Positions 41,916 to 50,335 of a stretch of 64,000 bases of DNA are shown here, one piece after another. A program made the translations under genes and the position numbers. The stretch is from NCBI GenBank assembly GCA_963733915.1, contig CAVTEP010000011.1:106388-170387 (forward strand), written 5' to 3'. The DNA comes from Candidatus Sulfomarinibacteraceae bacterium (GTDB lineage Bacteria > Acidobacteriota > Thermoanaerobaculia > Thermoanaerobaculales > Sulfomarinibacteraceae). The notes beneath the pieces were generated by a model. The model made no database searches, had not been told where the DNA came from, and worked only from the letters and a program-made list of their open reading frames with translations. The number at the start of each line of letters is the position of its first letter. Within the stretch, counting starts at the first letter, position 1.

Positions 41916-44501
41916 ATGCACCAGTTCTTGAAGACCGCAACCATTTCATTCGCAGCTCTCATGGTGGCCGCATCGGCTTCAGCCCAGCGCCAGTGGACCG
42001 TTACCGGCGAGGAAGTGCGTGGGTTCGCCGGCATCGACGAAGTGATCCGCGCCCAGATGGTGCGGCACGACATCAGTGCGTCCTCGGTGGCGATCACCAA
42101 GAACGGCCGCCTGGTCTACGCCCGCGGTTACACCTGGGACCAGGCCGATGTCGAGCCGGTGTTGCCGACCTCGCTCTTCCGCACCGGTTCGATCGCCAAG
42201 TCGATCACCTCGATTGCCATCCACCAGCTCATCGAGGATGGGCTCCTCAGCTATGACACCCGGGTGGCTGAGACCCTAGGACTGGAGCCTCCGCCCGGGG
42301 AACCCGCCGACCCGTGGCTCGATCTGGTGACGGTTGACCATCTTTTGACCCACACCGTCGGTTGGGACAAGTACAACGGCGGCATTGACCCGATGGTCTT
42401 CCGGGACCTGTGGGTGGCGATTGCGCTCGGCATCCTGCCACCCCCTACGCGCCACGAGATCGCCACCTTCATGACCGGCGAGCCGTTCCAGTTCTATCCC
42501 GGCACCCGCTGGGCCTACTGCAACTTCGGCTATCTCCTGCTGCAGATGCTGGCCGAACAGGTCACCGGCGTCGATTTCCCCGAGTACGTCCACGACAATA
42601 TCTTCCGCCGGGCGGGCGTCGGACGCGCACGGATGGCCCACTCCCCGCGCGGCGACCTCGCACCGACCGAGCGCGTCTATGTCGGTGACTACGAGGGCGA
42701 TCCATATGCGATGGGCTGGGAGAACGCGTATGCCGCCGGCGGCATGGTGATGTCGGCGCCCGATCTGGCGCGGATCTACACGGCGCTCTTCGACCATCCC
42801 CATGCCTCCGGGCTGCTGCGGAGCGACACCATCGACTCTATGCTTTCCCTCCCCTTCAGCGCATCTCGACAGCAGGGCTACGGACGCGGATGGATCTTCG
42901 AGAAGTTCTTTGTCGATTCGGGCCATACCATCGGCTGGCTGACCGATCCAAATGACGGCCTCGATGTGTACGCACACGGAGGCGGCGGTCCGGGTGTGCA
43001 CGCCATCGCGGCCTGGCGAACGGATGGTATCGGCTTCTTCTGGCTGAGCAACAAGGACCCGCTGGTCGACGACTTCGATGATCTTCCCGAAATCGACCGC
43101 TGGCCGGCGCACGACCTCTGGCAGTCGGTCGGTATCTCACGCGAGACGGTCGGTTCGGCGCCGGTCGAGTCCTGGATCCCCGCCGTGGCCCACAACGCCG
43201 GTGTCGGTAACAGTATCTGGCGGTCCGACGTCGGCCTGCTCAACCGATCGACGCAGACCGATGCCGTCCGCCTCAGGTATTACGACGGTTGGGATGTTGT
43301 CGAACGCGATCTCGAGCTGGCGCCCGGAGAATTGCGCGTGATCCCGGATGTGGTCGGCTGGTTCGGCCGCACCGGCTTCGGCCCCCTCCAGGTCTTTTCG
43401 TCTGAAGCCCTCACCGTGACATCGAGGACCTACAACCAGTCGACGGAAGGAACCTTCGGACAGTCCTTCGATGGCGTCACCGCAACCGGGGGCCTCGAGT
43501 CCGGCGAGTCGGTGGTGCTGATGCAGCTTCGGGAGGATGACGGAGCCCGCACCAACATCGGCGTCCTCAACCAGTGGCGGGGTTTTGCCAAGGTCGAGCT
43601 GGAGCTCTACGACGACACCGGAGCGCTCGTTCACGCTGACACATGGACTATCTCCCCTCTCCACACGTTGCAGGTCAACCGCCCCTATGCAACATTCTGC
43701 GGATGCGTCGACGTCGAGTCGGGCTACGCGGTCATCAAAGTCCGCTCGGGTCAGGACATCTACGTCTACGGGTCGGTGATCGACAACGCCACCGGCGACC
43801 CCACCGCCATCCCGATGAAGGGTGGAGACGGTACCCACAGCCAGTGGATTGCGGCCGCCGCCCACAGCATTGGAGCCCACGACAGCGTGTGGCGGACCGA
43901 CCTCTCTTTGCTCAACCTCTCCGGCGGCCCGGCGACGGCCGAGATCATCTTCCGTCGCGGTGACGGCGCGACAGCCGTGCTCCCCGTCAACGTCTTGGAT
44001 GGCCGGCAGATCCTCCTCAACGACGCCGTGGCACAGCTGGGCATGGCCGGTTCGGGATCGATCGAGATCCACTCCGACCGTCCTCTGCTGGCGAGCTCAC
44101 GCACCTACAACGCCGGCGCGGACGGCACCTTCGGTCTCTTCCTCGATGGGGTCCCGATGGATCAGATGGTCGAAGCCGGCAAAACAGTCTGGCTGCCGCA
44201 GCTGCGGCAGGACGAGGCCTTCCGCACCAATATCGGGCTCCTCAACACCGGTGCCACAACGGCCAGAGTGCGAATCGTCCTCCATGACGCCACTGGTGAC
44301 GAACTCGCCGTGAAACGGAAGCAACTCAGTCCGGGATCGTGGCTTCAGCTTCCCGAGCCCTTCCGCCGGCTCGCCGACCGCAACGACATCGTTGCCGGGT
44401 ACGCGACGGTCGCGGTCGAGTCGGGAGGCGGTGTCATCGCATACGCATCGGTGATCGACAACGCCACCAACGATGGCACGGCCATCTCGATGAAGAAGTA
44501 A
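41916..44501 (+). CDS. Secreted serine hydrolase (class C beta-lactamase fold) with duplicated C-terminal domains
   Basis: Signal peptide; GSIAK (SxxK), YCN, HGG; two repeats of WI..AH..G..S.WR.D..LLN ... RTNIG.LN ... SVIDNAT.D. Confidence 0.88.
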   Translation: MHQFLKTATISFAALMVAASASAQRQWTVTGEEVRGFAGIDEVIRAQMVRHDISASSVAITKNGRLVYARGYTWDQADVEPVLPTSLFRTGSIAKSITSIAIHQLIEDGLLSYDTRVAETLGLEPPPGEPADPWLDLVTVDHLLTHTVGWDKYNGGIDPMVFRDLWVAIALGILPPPTRHEIATFMTGEPFQFYPGTRWAYCNFGYLLLQMLAEQVTGVDFPEYVHDNIFRRAGVGRARMAHSPRGDLAPTERVYVGDYEGDPYAMGWENAYAAGGMVMSAPDLARIYTALFDHPHASGLLRSDTIDSMLSLPFSASRQQGYGRGWIFEKFFVDSGHTIGWLTDPNDGLDVYAHGGGGPGVHAIAAWRTDGIGFFWLSNKDPLVDDFDDLPEIDRWPAHDLWQSVGISRETVGSAPVESWIPAVAHNAGVGNSIWRSDVGLLNRSTQTDAVRLRYYDGWDVVERDLELAPGELRVIPDVVGWFGRTGFGPLQVFSSEALTVTSRTYNQSTEGTFGQSFDGVTATGGLESGESVVLMQLREDDGARTNIGVLNQWRGFAKVELELYDDTGALVHADTWTISPLHTLQVNRPYATFCGCVDVESGYAVIKVRSGQDIYVYGSVIDNATGDPTAIPMKGGDGTHSQWIAAAAHSIGAHDSVWRTDLSLLNLSGGPATAEIIFRRGDGATAVLPVNVLDGRQILLNDAVAQLGMAGSGSIEIHSDRPLLASSRTYNAGADGTFGLFLDGVPMDQMVEAGKTVWLPQLRQDEAFRTNIGLLNTGATTARVRIVLHDATGDELAVKRKQLSPGSWLQLPEPFRRLADRNDIVAGYATVAVESGGGVIAYASVIDNATNDGTAISMKK

Positions 44502-44542
44502 CTCGCATGGAAAAACGAAGGAAGGACAACAGGAGGCCAGCG

Positions 44543-44674
44543 ATGGATACCCCACACCAAGGAAATACGCCACTCTTCTCGAGCACCGGCGAGCCCCGGT
44601 CCGGCGACGTCGCGATCACGTTGCTGACCGCCCTGATCCTCCTCGTCCTCCTGATCGTCGTCGCCGTGCTGTGA
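44543..44674 (+). CDS. 43-aa small protein with a C-terminal TM helix
   Basis: AGGAGG RBS; MDTPHQGNTPLFSSTGEPRSGDVAITLLTALILLVLLIVVAVL. Confidence 0.5.
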   Translation: MDTPHQGNTPLFSSTGEPRSGDVAITLLTALILLVLLIVVAVL

Positions 44675-44682
44675 CGAAGAAT

Positions 44683-46035
44683 TCAAAAGCTGTAAATCGC
44701 CGACAGCGAGTAGGTGTCGACGAGATCCGAGAAATCGGCCGCGAGATCGATCTGAAAGGACTTGAACGCGAGACCGAGGCCCACCGCCGCGTGGATCTCG
44801 TCCTCCCCGGATTGAAACAGTGCCCGGTGGCTGGGGTCGTCCGGGTGGATACTGCGGAAGCGGTGGTCGGGGTCGAGCCACACGCCGGTACGGATGGCAA
44901 GGACCGGTTTGAAATCGAGAAAGGCGTACTCCGCCCCGAGGCGGAACTCGTTGCCGTCATCGGCAACGAGGTAGACCTGCAAATCAAGATCAGGGTCGAG
45001 AGTTTCAGTCACCACGGGATCAAAGCTCGAGAATATTGAAGAGTATTCGACGCGGTCCCACTCGAAACCGACCGCGAGTCTGCCGTCGCGCGATCTGAAG
45101 GCGACGCCGAGCCCGTAGACATCCGGGAATTTCATCGGTGATTCAACGATCAGAATCGTCTCACCGGGCGCGAACGCAGGATCCAGGAATTCCGGTGCGA
45201 GAGGTCCCGCCGTGACGTCGTACACCAACTTGAACTCGGGCCCCAGGCGATAGAAGGCACCGAGGCTCCAGTTCTCGACAAACCTCCACAGCAGGCCTGC
45301 ACTCAGGCCCCAATCCGAGTCGTCAATCGACATCTGCCCGTTGGCGAGCTGGCTCTCGGGCAGGTAGGAGGTCGGACCGAAGGCGTCCTGCAATGTGTCG
45401 ATATCGTCCGGCAGGGACCACTCGAAGGGAGCGTCGAGCCGGCCCTTGAAGTGGACGATGCCGAGACCGAGGCTGAAGCGATCACTGAATCGGTAGGCGC
45501 CGGCGGCGCCGTAACTGACGATGTCCAGCTCGGTCGACCACCTGCGGTCGAACGCGCGAGGGGCCTCCCATCCCGGGAAGAGCCCCTGGGTCGCCGTCTG
45601 AGCGCGGAAGTTCGCCAGCTGGTGCCGGTAGAAAGCGAACGACCACCGCCCCTTCGGGTAGACGAACGAGAGGAATGAAAGCCCGGTGAGTTGCTCCTCC
45701 GATACTGCAGTTCGGAGGCCGTCAACGGTGTCGAGCCCGATACCCGTGGGCTCGCCCTCGTACCTCCCTCCGATGATGTACGGCGTCGAGAAACTCCAGT
45801 GGCGGACTTCTGCCGAAACCTCGGGTGACACGAGCTGCACCAGGCCGGCGGGGTTCGCGAAGGCCGCGGTTGCGTCGTCGGTGAGAGCGGTGAAGGCTCC
45901 ACCAAGGCCGAGGCTGCGCGCACCCGGGTTCGAGAAGCTGAACTCGAAGGTGGAGGGGGTCTCCTGAGCGGACGCAATCGCAGGCGCGATGACCACCGCG
46001 ACGAGCACCCCGAAAAAAAGCCGGTGGGCCTTCAC
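44683..46035 (-). CDS. FadL/OmpP1-like outer-membrane beta-barrel (copy 2)
   Basis: Signal peptide; GARSLGLGGAFTALTDDATAAFANPAGL; C-terminal SAIYSF; paralogue of 40454-41803. Confidence 0.87.
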   Translation of the reverse strand: MKAHRLFFGVLVAVVIAPAIASAQETPSTFEFSFSNPGARSLGLGGAFTALTDDATAAFANPAGLVQLVSPEVSAEVRHWSFSTPYIIGGRYEGEPTGIGLDTVDGLRTAVSEEQLTGLSFLSFVYPKGRWSFAFYRHQLANFRAQTATQGLFPGWEAPRAFDRRWSTELDIVSYGAAGAYRFSDRFSLGLGIVHFKGRLDAPFEWSLPDDIDTLQDAFGPTSYLPESQLANGQMSIDDSDWGLSAGLLWRFVENWSLGAFYRLGPEFKLVYDVTAGPLAPEFLDPAFAPGETILIVESPMKFPDVYGLGVAFRSRDGRLAVGFEWDRVEYSSIFSSFDPVVTETLDPDLDLQVYLVADDGNEFRLGAEYAFLDFKPVLAIRTGVWLDPDHRFRSIHPDDPSHRALFQSGEDEIHAAVGLGLAFKSFQIDLAADFSDLVDTYSLSAIYSF

Positions 46036-46074
46036 ATCCTCTCTCCATGTCTGAGAACCACGGGTTCGACGGCC

Positions 46075-46135
46075 GATCGTAGCACGGGGGAAACCCTCAC
46101 CAGATCCTCATCCCATCCTCAAGTCACGTGGAAGC
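46075..46135. promoter_or_regulatory. Second copy of the divergent promoter element
   Basis: GATCGTAGCACGGGGG..; CCTCA at 46095, 46106, 46117; AAGC at the same offset as in copy 1. Confidence 0.7.
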
Positions 46136-46173
46136 TCGCACCCTAGCTTGGAGTATGAGAGGAGGAATCAGAA

Positions 46174-46839
46174 ATGAACATCAAAGCAATCGCCACCGTT
46201 GCCCTCGCAATAGGTGTCACCTGCGTCTTCTGCGCCCTGTGCCCGAGCACCGCTGACGCAGGCGACGGCCCCTGGTTGCTTCGCATCTCTGGTCTGTCGA
46301 TGAATCCAACGGGCGACACTGTTTACGTCCCGGATACCGGTGAACAGATCGCCTTCGACTCCGGCAAAGGCTATGGATTCGGGATCGATCTCGAGTACCG
46401 CATGTCGCGCCGTCTCGGGATCGACTTCGGGGCCCTCACCGCGACCCCGGTCATCGACGTGCTGATTGACGAGGCCGGCGTAATCTCCGCCAGCGCCCGA
46501 CCGAGGATCACCCCGATCTACGTGGGGCTCAACATCCACCTCACACCGCATGGCACATTTGACGCCTATATCGGACCCGTGCTCGCCTACGTTTTCTTCT
46601 CGAGCTTCGATCTCGTCACCGACCCCTGGTTCTACCGGGAGGGTTTCGTGACCGAGAACGACTTCGGAATCGGAGCCAACGCCGGATTGGACGTACGGCT
46701 CGGTGGTGACGGGTGGCTCTTGAGTGCCAATTTCAAGTACCTCGAAACAACGCTCGTGGCCTCGCCACCCGACGAAAGCATCGGCAGGACCGACATCGAT
46801 CCGATGATCTTCAGCATCGGTGTCGGTTATCGGTTTTGA
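46174..46839 (+). CDS. OmpW-like small outer-membrane beta-barrel
   Basis: Signal peptide, GDGPWLLRI, alternating beta-strand pattern, C-terminal DPMIFSIGVGYRF. Confidence 0.82.
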   Translation: MNIKAIATVALAIGVTCVFCALCPSTADAGDGPWLLRISGLSMNPTGDTVYVPDTGEQIAFDSGKGYGFGIDLEYRMSRRLGIDFGALTATPVIDVLIDEAGVISASARPRITPIYVGLNIHLTPHGTFDAYIGPVLAYVFFSSFDLVTDPWFYREGFVTENDFGIGANAGLDVRLGGDGWLLSANFKYLETTLVASPPDESIGRTDIDPMIFSIGVGYRF

Positions 46840-46906
46840 CCGCTGCGACCAGACTGCCGTTGCAGCGGGCGTCTCCCCACAGGGTGGGCCTCGAGGTGGT
46901 ACAGCC

Positions 46907-47596
46907 ATGAGCCTGATTCGTTTCTCCACTGGGGCTCTGGCCCGCTTCATGCGCAGCCTCGGGCGAAGAGTGCGCGGGGACAATCCCCCGCCGTCGCCCG
47001 CAGGCGATGGTCTCGAAACGGAGGAACGAGAGCAGCTGATCCGACGCGTCCTGAGCTCGATCCACAACAACAGCATTTTGTTGTGCGGCGCCTCGGGCAC
47101 GGGAAAGACTGCGCTGCTGTTTCAGCTCAAGGAACGCCTCGCGACCTGCGGGGACCCGAACACGGATTTCTTCCCCGTCTACATCGATCTGCACGGTATC
47201 CCAGAGAGACTGCTCTTCGCCACCGTGGCCCGAGCCGTTTTTGGACAGCTCGCCCAGCTACCTGCGAGCCGGGCGGCTAGCTTTGGCGCAGACTACGGTC
47301 ACCGAGACCTTGCCAACGATTTTCGCACCGTCATTCGCACGCTCAACACGCGCAGCCCTCGACGGGCCAGGCTGGCCCTGCTGGTCGACGGCATCGACGA
47401 ACTCAACCACTATGATCCGCGGACAACCCAGAAAGTGAGGAGCCTCTTCATGGCAAGCCTCGCCGAAAACATGGTTATGGTCGCGTCGGCAGTGAAGATC
47501 GACAAGCACTGGGAGCAGGAGGGGAGCCCCTGGTACAACTTCTTCGAGGAGATTGAGCTCTCTCCGGCTCGTAGCGAAAAGGGACGTACGGGATAG
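46907..47596 (+). CDS. Stand-alone truncated ATPase A' (paralogue of the 36104 C-terminal domain)
   Basis: REQL..IHNNS.LL, GASGTGKT, FFPVYIDL, LLVDGID, EGSPWYNFFEEIE. Confidence 0.8.
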   Translation: MSLIRFSTGALARFMRSLGRRVRGDNPPPSPAGDGLETEEREQLIRRVLSSIHNNSILLCGASGTGKTALLFQLKERLATCGDPNTDFFPVYIDLHGIPERLLFATVARAVFGQLAQLPASRAASFGADYGHRDLANDFRTVIRTLNTRSPRRARLALLVDGIDELNHYDPRTTQKVRSLFMASLAENMVMVASAVKIDKHWEQEGSPWYNFFEEIELSPARSEKGRTG

Positions 47597-47607
47597 AATG
47601 CCCCGAG

Positions 47608-49071
47608 ATGGACACCTCGAAAGTTCCGGAAAGGTCCGCGACTGACGAATTTCGGCTCGCCGAATGGCTCGTCCAGCCGAGTCTCAACCGGCTTTCTTGT
47701 GACAACCGAGTCATCCAGCTCGAACCAAAGCTCATGGATGTCCTGGTCTATCTGGCGAACAACGCCGGCCAGGTTGTTTCAAAAAACGAAATCAATGACG
47801 CTGTGTGGGCCGACGTTTTCATCACCGAGTCGGTCATCACCCGCTCGATTGCCGGGCTGCGCCGCGCATTTTGCGACGACGTCAAGAACCCGCAGTTCAT
47901 CGAGACCATCTCGAAGCGTGGTTATCGGCTGATCGCCGAGGTCGTCCAAGCGTCGCCCATAGATAAAAAGAAGTCCGGACCTCGATCATCACGACCGACC
48001 GTGCCTTCCGGCACCTCGAGGACGACGGTTCCCTTCGTCGTTGGGCAGTGGGTCCGTGGAGAGAACTTCTATGGCCGGGCGGCGGTTATCGACGAGGTAC
48101 TCGGAGGCAACCGCAACTGGCTGTGGTTGCTCGGCACCCGGAGGATCGGTAAGACCTCGGTGCTCAAACAGCTCGAAAGCCTGGCCATGAGCTCGCCCGA
48201 CATCGGGTTCCTGCCGGTCTTCTGGGACCTCCAGGGCGCCGATCGGCCAGAAGAGCTCCACCTCGATTTTGCTGACGCACTGTTGGATTCCGAAGAACGC
48301 CTCGAACAGGTCGGGATCCGCCTGACAGAGCTTCGGTCCGATGATTGTTTCGAATCGTTGGGACGTCTTCGGCGAAAGTTACTCTCGAAAGACTTGAGAC
48401 TGTTGCTGCTCTGCGACGAGGTCGAAGAACTGATCCAACTCAACCGACAGGATCCATCTATCCTCCGCAAACTTCGTCGCGCGCTGCATTCGAGGGACGG
48501 CATCCGATCGGTGCTGGCATCGAGCAGCCGGCTCTGGCAGCTGGCCGAAACGGACGAGGACACGTCGCCGTTTCTCGACGGGTTCACACCCCCTCTTTCC
48601 ATCGGCGCCCTCGACGACGAGGCGGCGCGGCAGCTGATCCGCCAGACCCAGCTTCCGGCGACGTCGCGTCCGAACTTCAGCGCTGACGAGGTCGAGCGGA
48701 TTTGCCGCCAGTGCGGCAACCATCCCTACCAGATCCAGATTCTCTGTCGTCGAATGCTCGACTGCGGAGATCTCGACGAGGCTATCGAGGAGGTGGCTCA
48801 CGACCGCGCGGTGAGCTTCTTTTTCTCCGTCGACTACGAGCTGCTTGGCGACACCGAGCGCTCGATTCTCTACGTGTTGGCGGAAAAGCCGGAGGCATCC
48901 CCGATCGCAGTGCAGCAGCAACTGGAGGACTCATCCAAGCCGGTGGCGACAGGACTCGCCGCCCTCGAGAGCCTCGGTTTTGTGGGCAGGAAATCAAATG
49001 GCGGGATCGTCATCAAGAGCCAGTTCTTGCGCCGCTGGCTCAGCGAACGGGCCAACCCCCAGGCAGAATAA
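47608..49071 (+). CDS. CadC/OmpR-type winged-helix DNA-binding domain + STAND-like ATPase B'
   Basis: LEPKLMDVLVYL..VW...LRRAF.DD..NPQFIETISKRGYRL; then PFVVGQWVRG, GTRRIGKTS, LLCDEVE, GNHPYQIQ. Confidence 0.9.
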   Translation: MDTSKVPERSATDEFRLAEWLVQPSLNRLSCDNRVIQLEPKLMDVLVYLANNAGQVVSKNEINDAVWADVFITESVITRSIAGLRRAFCDDVKNPQFIETISKRGYRLIAEVVQASPIDKKKSGPRSSRPTVPSGTSRTTVPFVVGQWVRGENFYGRAAVIDEVLGGNRNWLWLLGTRRIGKTSVLKQLESLAMSSPDIGFLPVFWDLQGADRPEELHLDFADALLDSEERLEQVGIRLTELRSDDCFESLGRLRRKLLSKDLRLLLLCDEVEELIQLNRQDPSILRKLRRALHSRDGIRSVLASSSRLWQLAETDEDTSPFLDGFTPPLSIGALDDEAARQLIRQTQLPATSRPNFSADEVERICRQCGNHPYQIQILCRRMLDCGDLDEAIEEVAHDRAVSFFFSVDYELLGDTERSILYVLAEKPEASPIAVQQQLEDSSKPVATGLAALESLGFVGRKSNGGIVIKSQFLRRWLSERANPQAE

Positions 49072-49119
49072 CAACAACTTCACGACGCGGAGGATGGTTG
49101 CAACGCGGGCTCATCCGCG

Positions 49120-50313
49120 TCAATCCTCGGTCGCCACCACCATTTTCAGCATTTCGCTGCCCGCCAACAGAAAGGCGCCGGTGCCGTAATCCATGCTGTC
49201 GTGAGCGGTGACTGAGCTCGGGTCATAACCGATGAGCTGCACCCAACCGAGCCTGCCGTCCGGCCGCAGCGCCCAGTTGAGCGCTTCCCATCCCCGGTGC
49301 ACCGCCGGGAGAGAGGCGTCGGGGTCCAAAAGACCGTTGTTCACACCCCAGGCCAGACCGAATACCAGAAAACCCGTGCCACTCGATTCGGGTTTTGGGA
49401 ACTCCTCGGGATCGAGGAGGCTCGAGGGCCAGAATCCCTCTTCGCCCTGAACCGCGATCAGGGCCGCCGCCATGTCGCGGAAAAGCTCCTCGTAGCGCGG
49501 ACGCTCCGGATAGTCCTCCGGCATGTGCGCGAGCACCAGCGCCAGCCCGGCGAAAACCCAGCCGTTGCCGCGAGACCAGAAAACCTTGTGGCCGTTGGTC
49601 GTGCGAGGCTGCGATCCGTCCTCCTGAATGAGATAGCTTCCGTCGCCATACCACAGGTGTTCCTCGCGGTCATAGAGGTGGTCGTAGGTGTCCCACCACA
49701 TGCCGTTCATGAGATCGAGGTAGCGGCGGTCGCCGGTCGCCTCGGCCACCAGCGCCATGGTCGGTGGGGCCATGAAGAGGGCGTCGCACCACGACCAGTT
49801 GTCGTCCTCGGCCCAGCCCACCACCGGCCCTGGGCGCGGTTCTGCGATCATTTGGTCGAGGCGTTCGATCGTGGACGCGATCATTCTCGGTTCAGCCGTC
49901 TCGAGAAAGATGCTTGCGTATGTCTGGGCGATGCAGAGATCGTCTGCGTGGCGCATCCGCGGACCGGGTTGCCACTCGTTGCGTTCCGAGATCTCGATCG
50001 CCGCATTCAGATACTTCGGGTGCCCGGTCGCCTCGGAGGCCGCCATTACTCCCGCAAAAAACGCGCCGCGCACCCACCCGGTGTCACTCAGCTCCTGAAA
50101 GCCGCCATCCGGCAACTGCGCCTCGTAGAAGAAATTGTTGATCTGCCAGTCAAACGCGCGGGACATGACGGTAGTGATGTGCGGTCGGGTGAGGATGTCT
50201 CGGGCGGGGATCTCGGTCCGCTCGACGTTTTTGGCGCTCTCGCCGCACCCCATCAGGAGAACGAATCCACACGCAGCCAGGGCGCGACGAAGCAACGGCG
50301 CACGAATTCTCAC
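49120..50313 (-). CDS. Glycoside hydrolase family 88/105, probable lipoprotein
   Basis: HADD, WCDALFMAPP, FWSRGNGWV, ESSGT; lipobox-like LMGC. Confidence 0.88.
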   Translation of the reverse strand: MRIRAPLLRRALAACGFVLLMGCGESAKNVERTEIPARDILTRPHITTVMSRAFDWQINNFFYEAQLPDGGFQELSDTGWVRGAFFAGVMAASEATGHPKYLNAAIEISERNEWQPGPRMRHADDLCIAQTYASIFLETAEPRMIASTIERLDQMIAEPRPGPVVGWAEDDNWSWCDALFMAPPTMALVAEATGDRRYLDLMNGMWWDTYDHLYDREEHLWYGDGSYLIQEDGSQPRTTNGHKVFWSRGNGWVFAGLALVLAHMPEDYPERPRYEELFRDMAAALIAVQGEEGFWPSSLLDPEEFPKPESSGTGFLVFGLAWGVNNGLLDPDASLPAVHRGWEALNWALRPDGRLGWVQLIGYDPSSVTAHDSMDYGTGAFLLAGSEMLKMVVATED

Positions 50314-50335
50314 TGGTTATTCCCCCTCTGCGTCC

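Noticed and set aside
41916..44501. Antibiotic-resistance beta-lactamase call
   Set aside because: SxxK/YxN/HGG motifs are shared by many esterases and peptidases; nothing indicates substrate
36030..46063. GAACCACGG occurring near 36030, 41769 and 46055
   Set aside because: Short, inconsistent spacing to the shared promoter element and one copy is coding; could be chance
36104..49071. Avs/NLR-type anti-phage defence assignment
   Set aside because: No nuclease, TIR, SIR2 or protease effector; exported TPRs and barrel/regulator context favour signalling, although defence is not excluded
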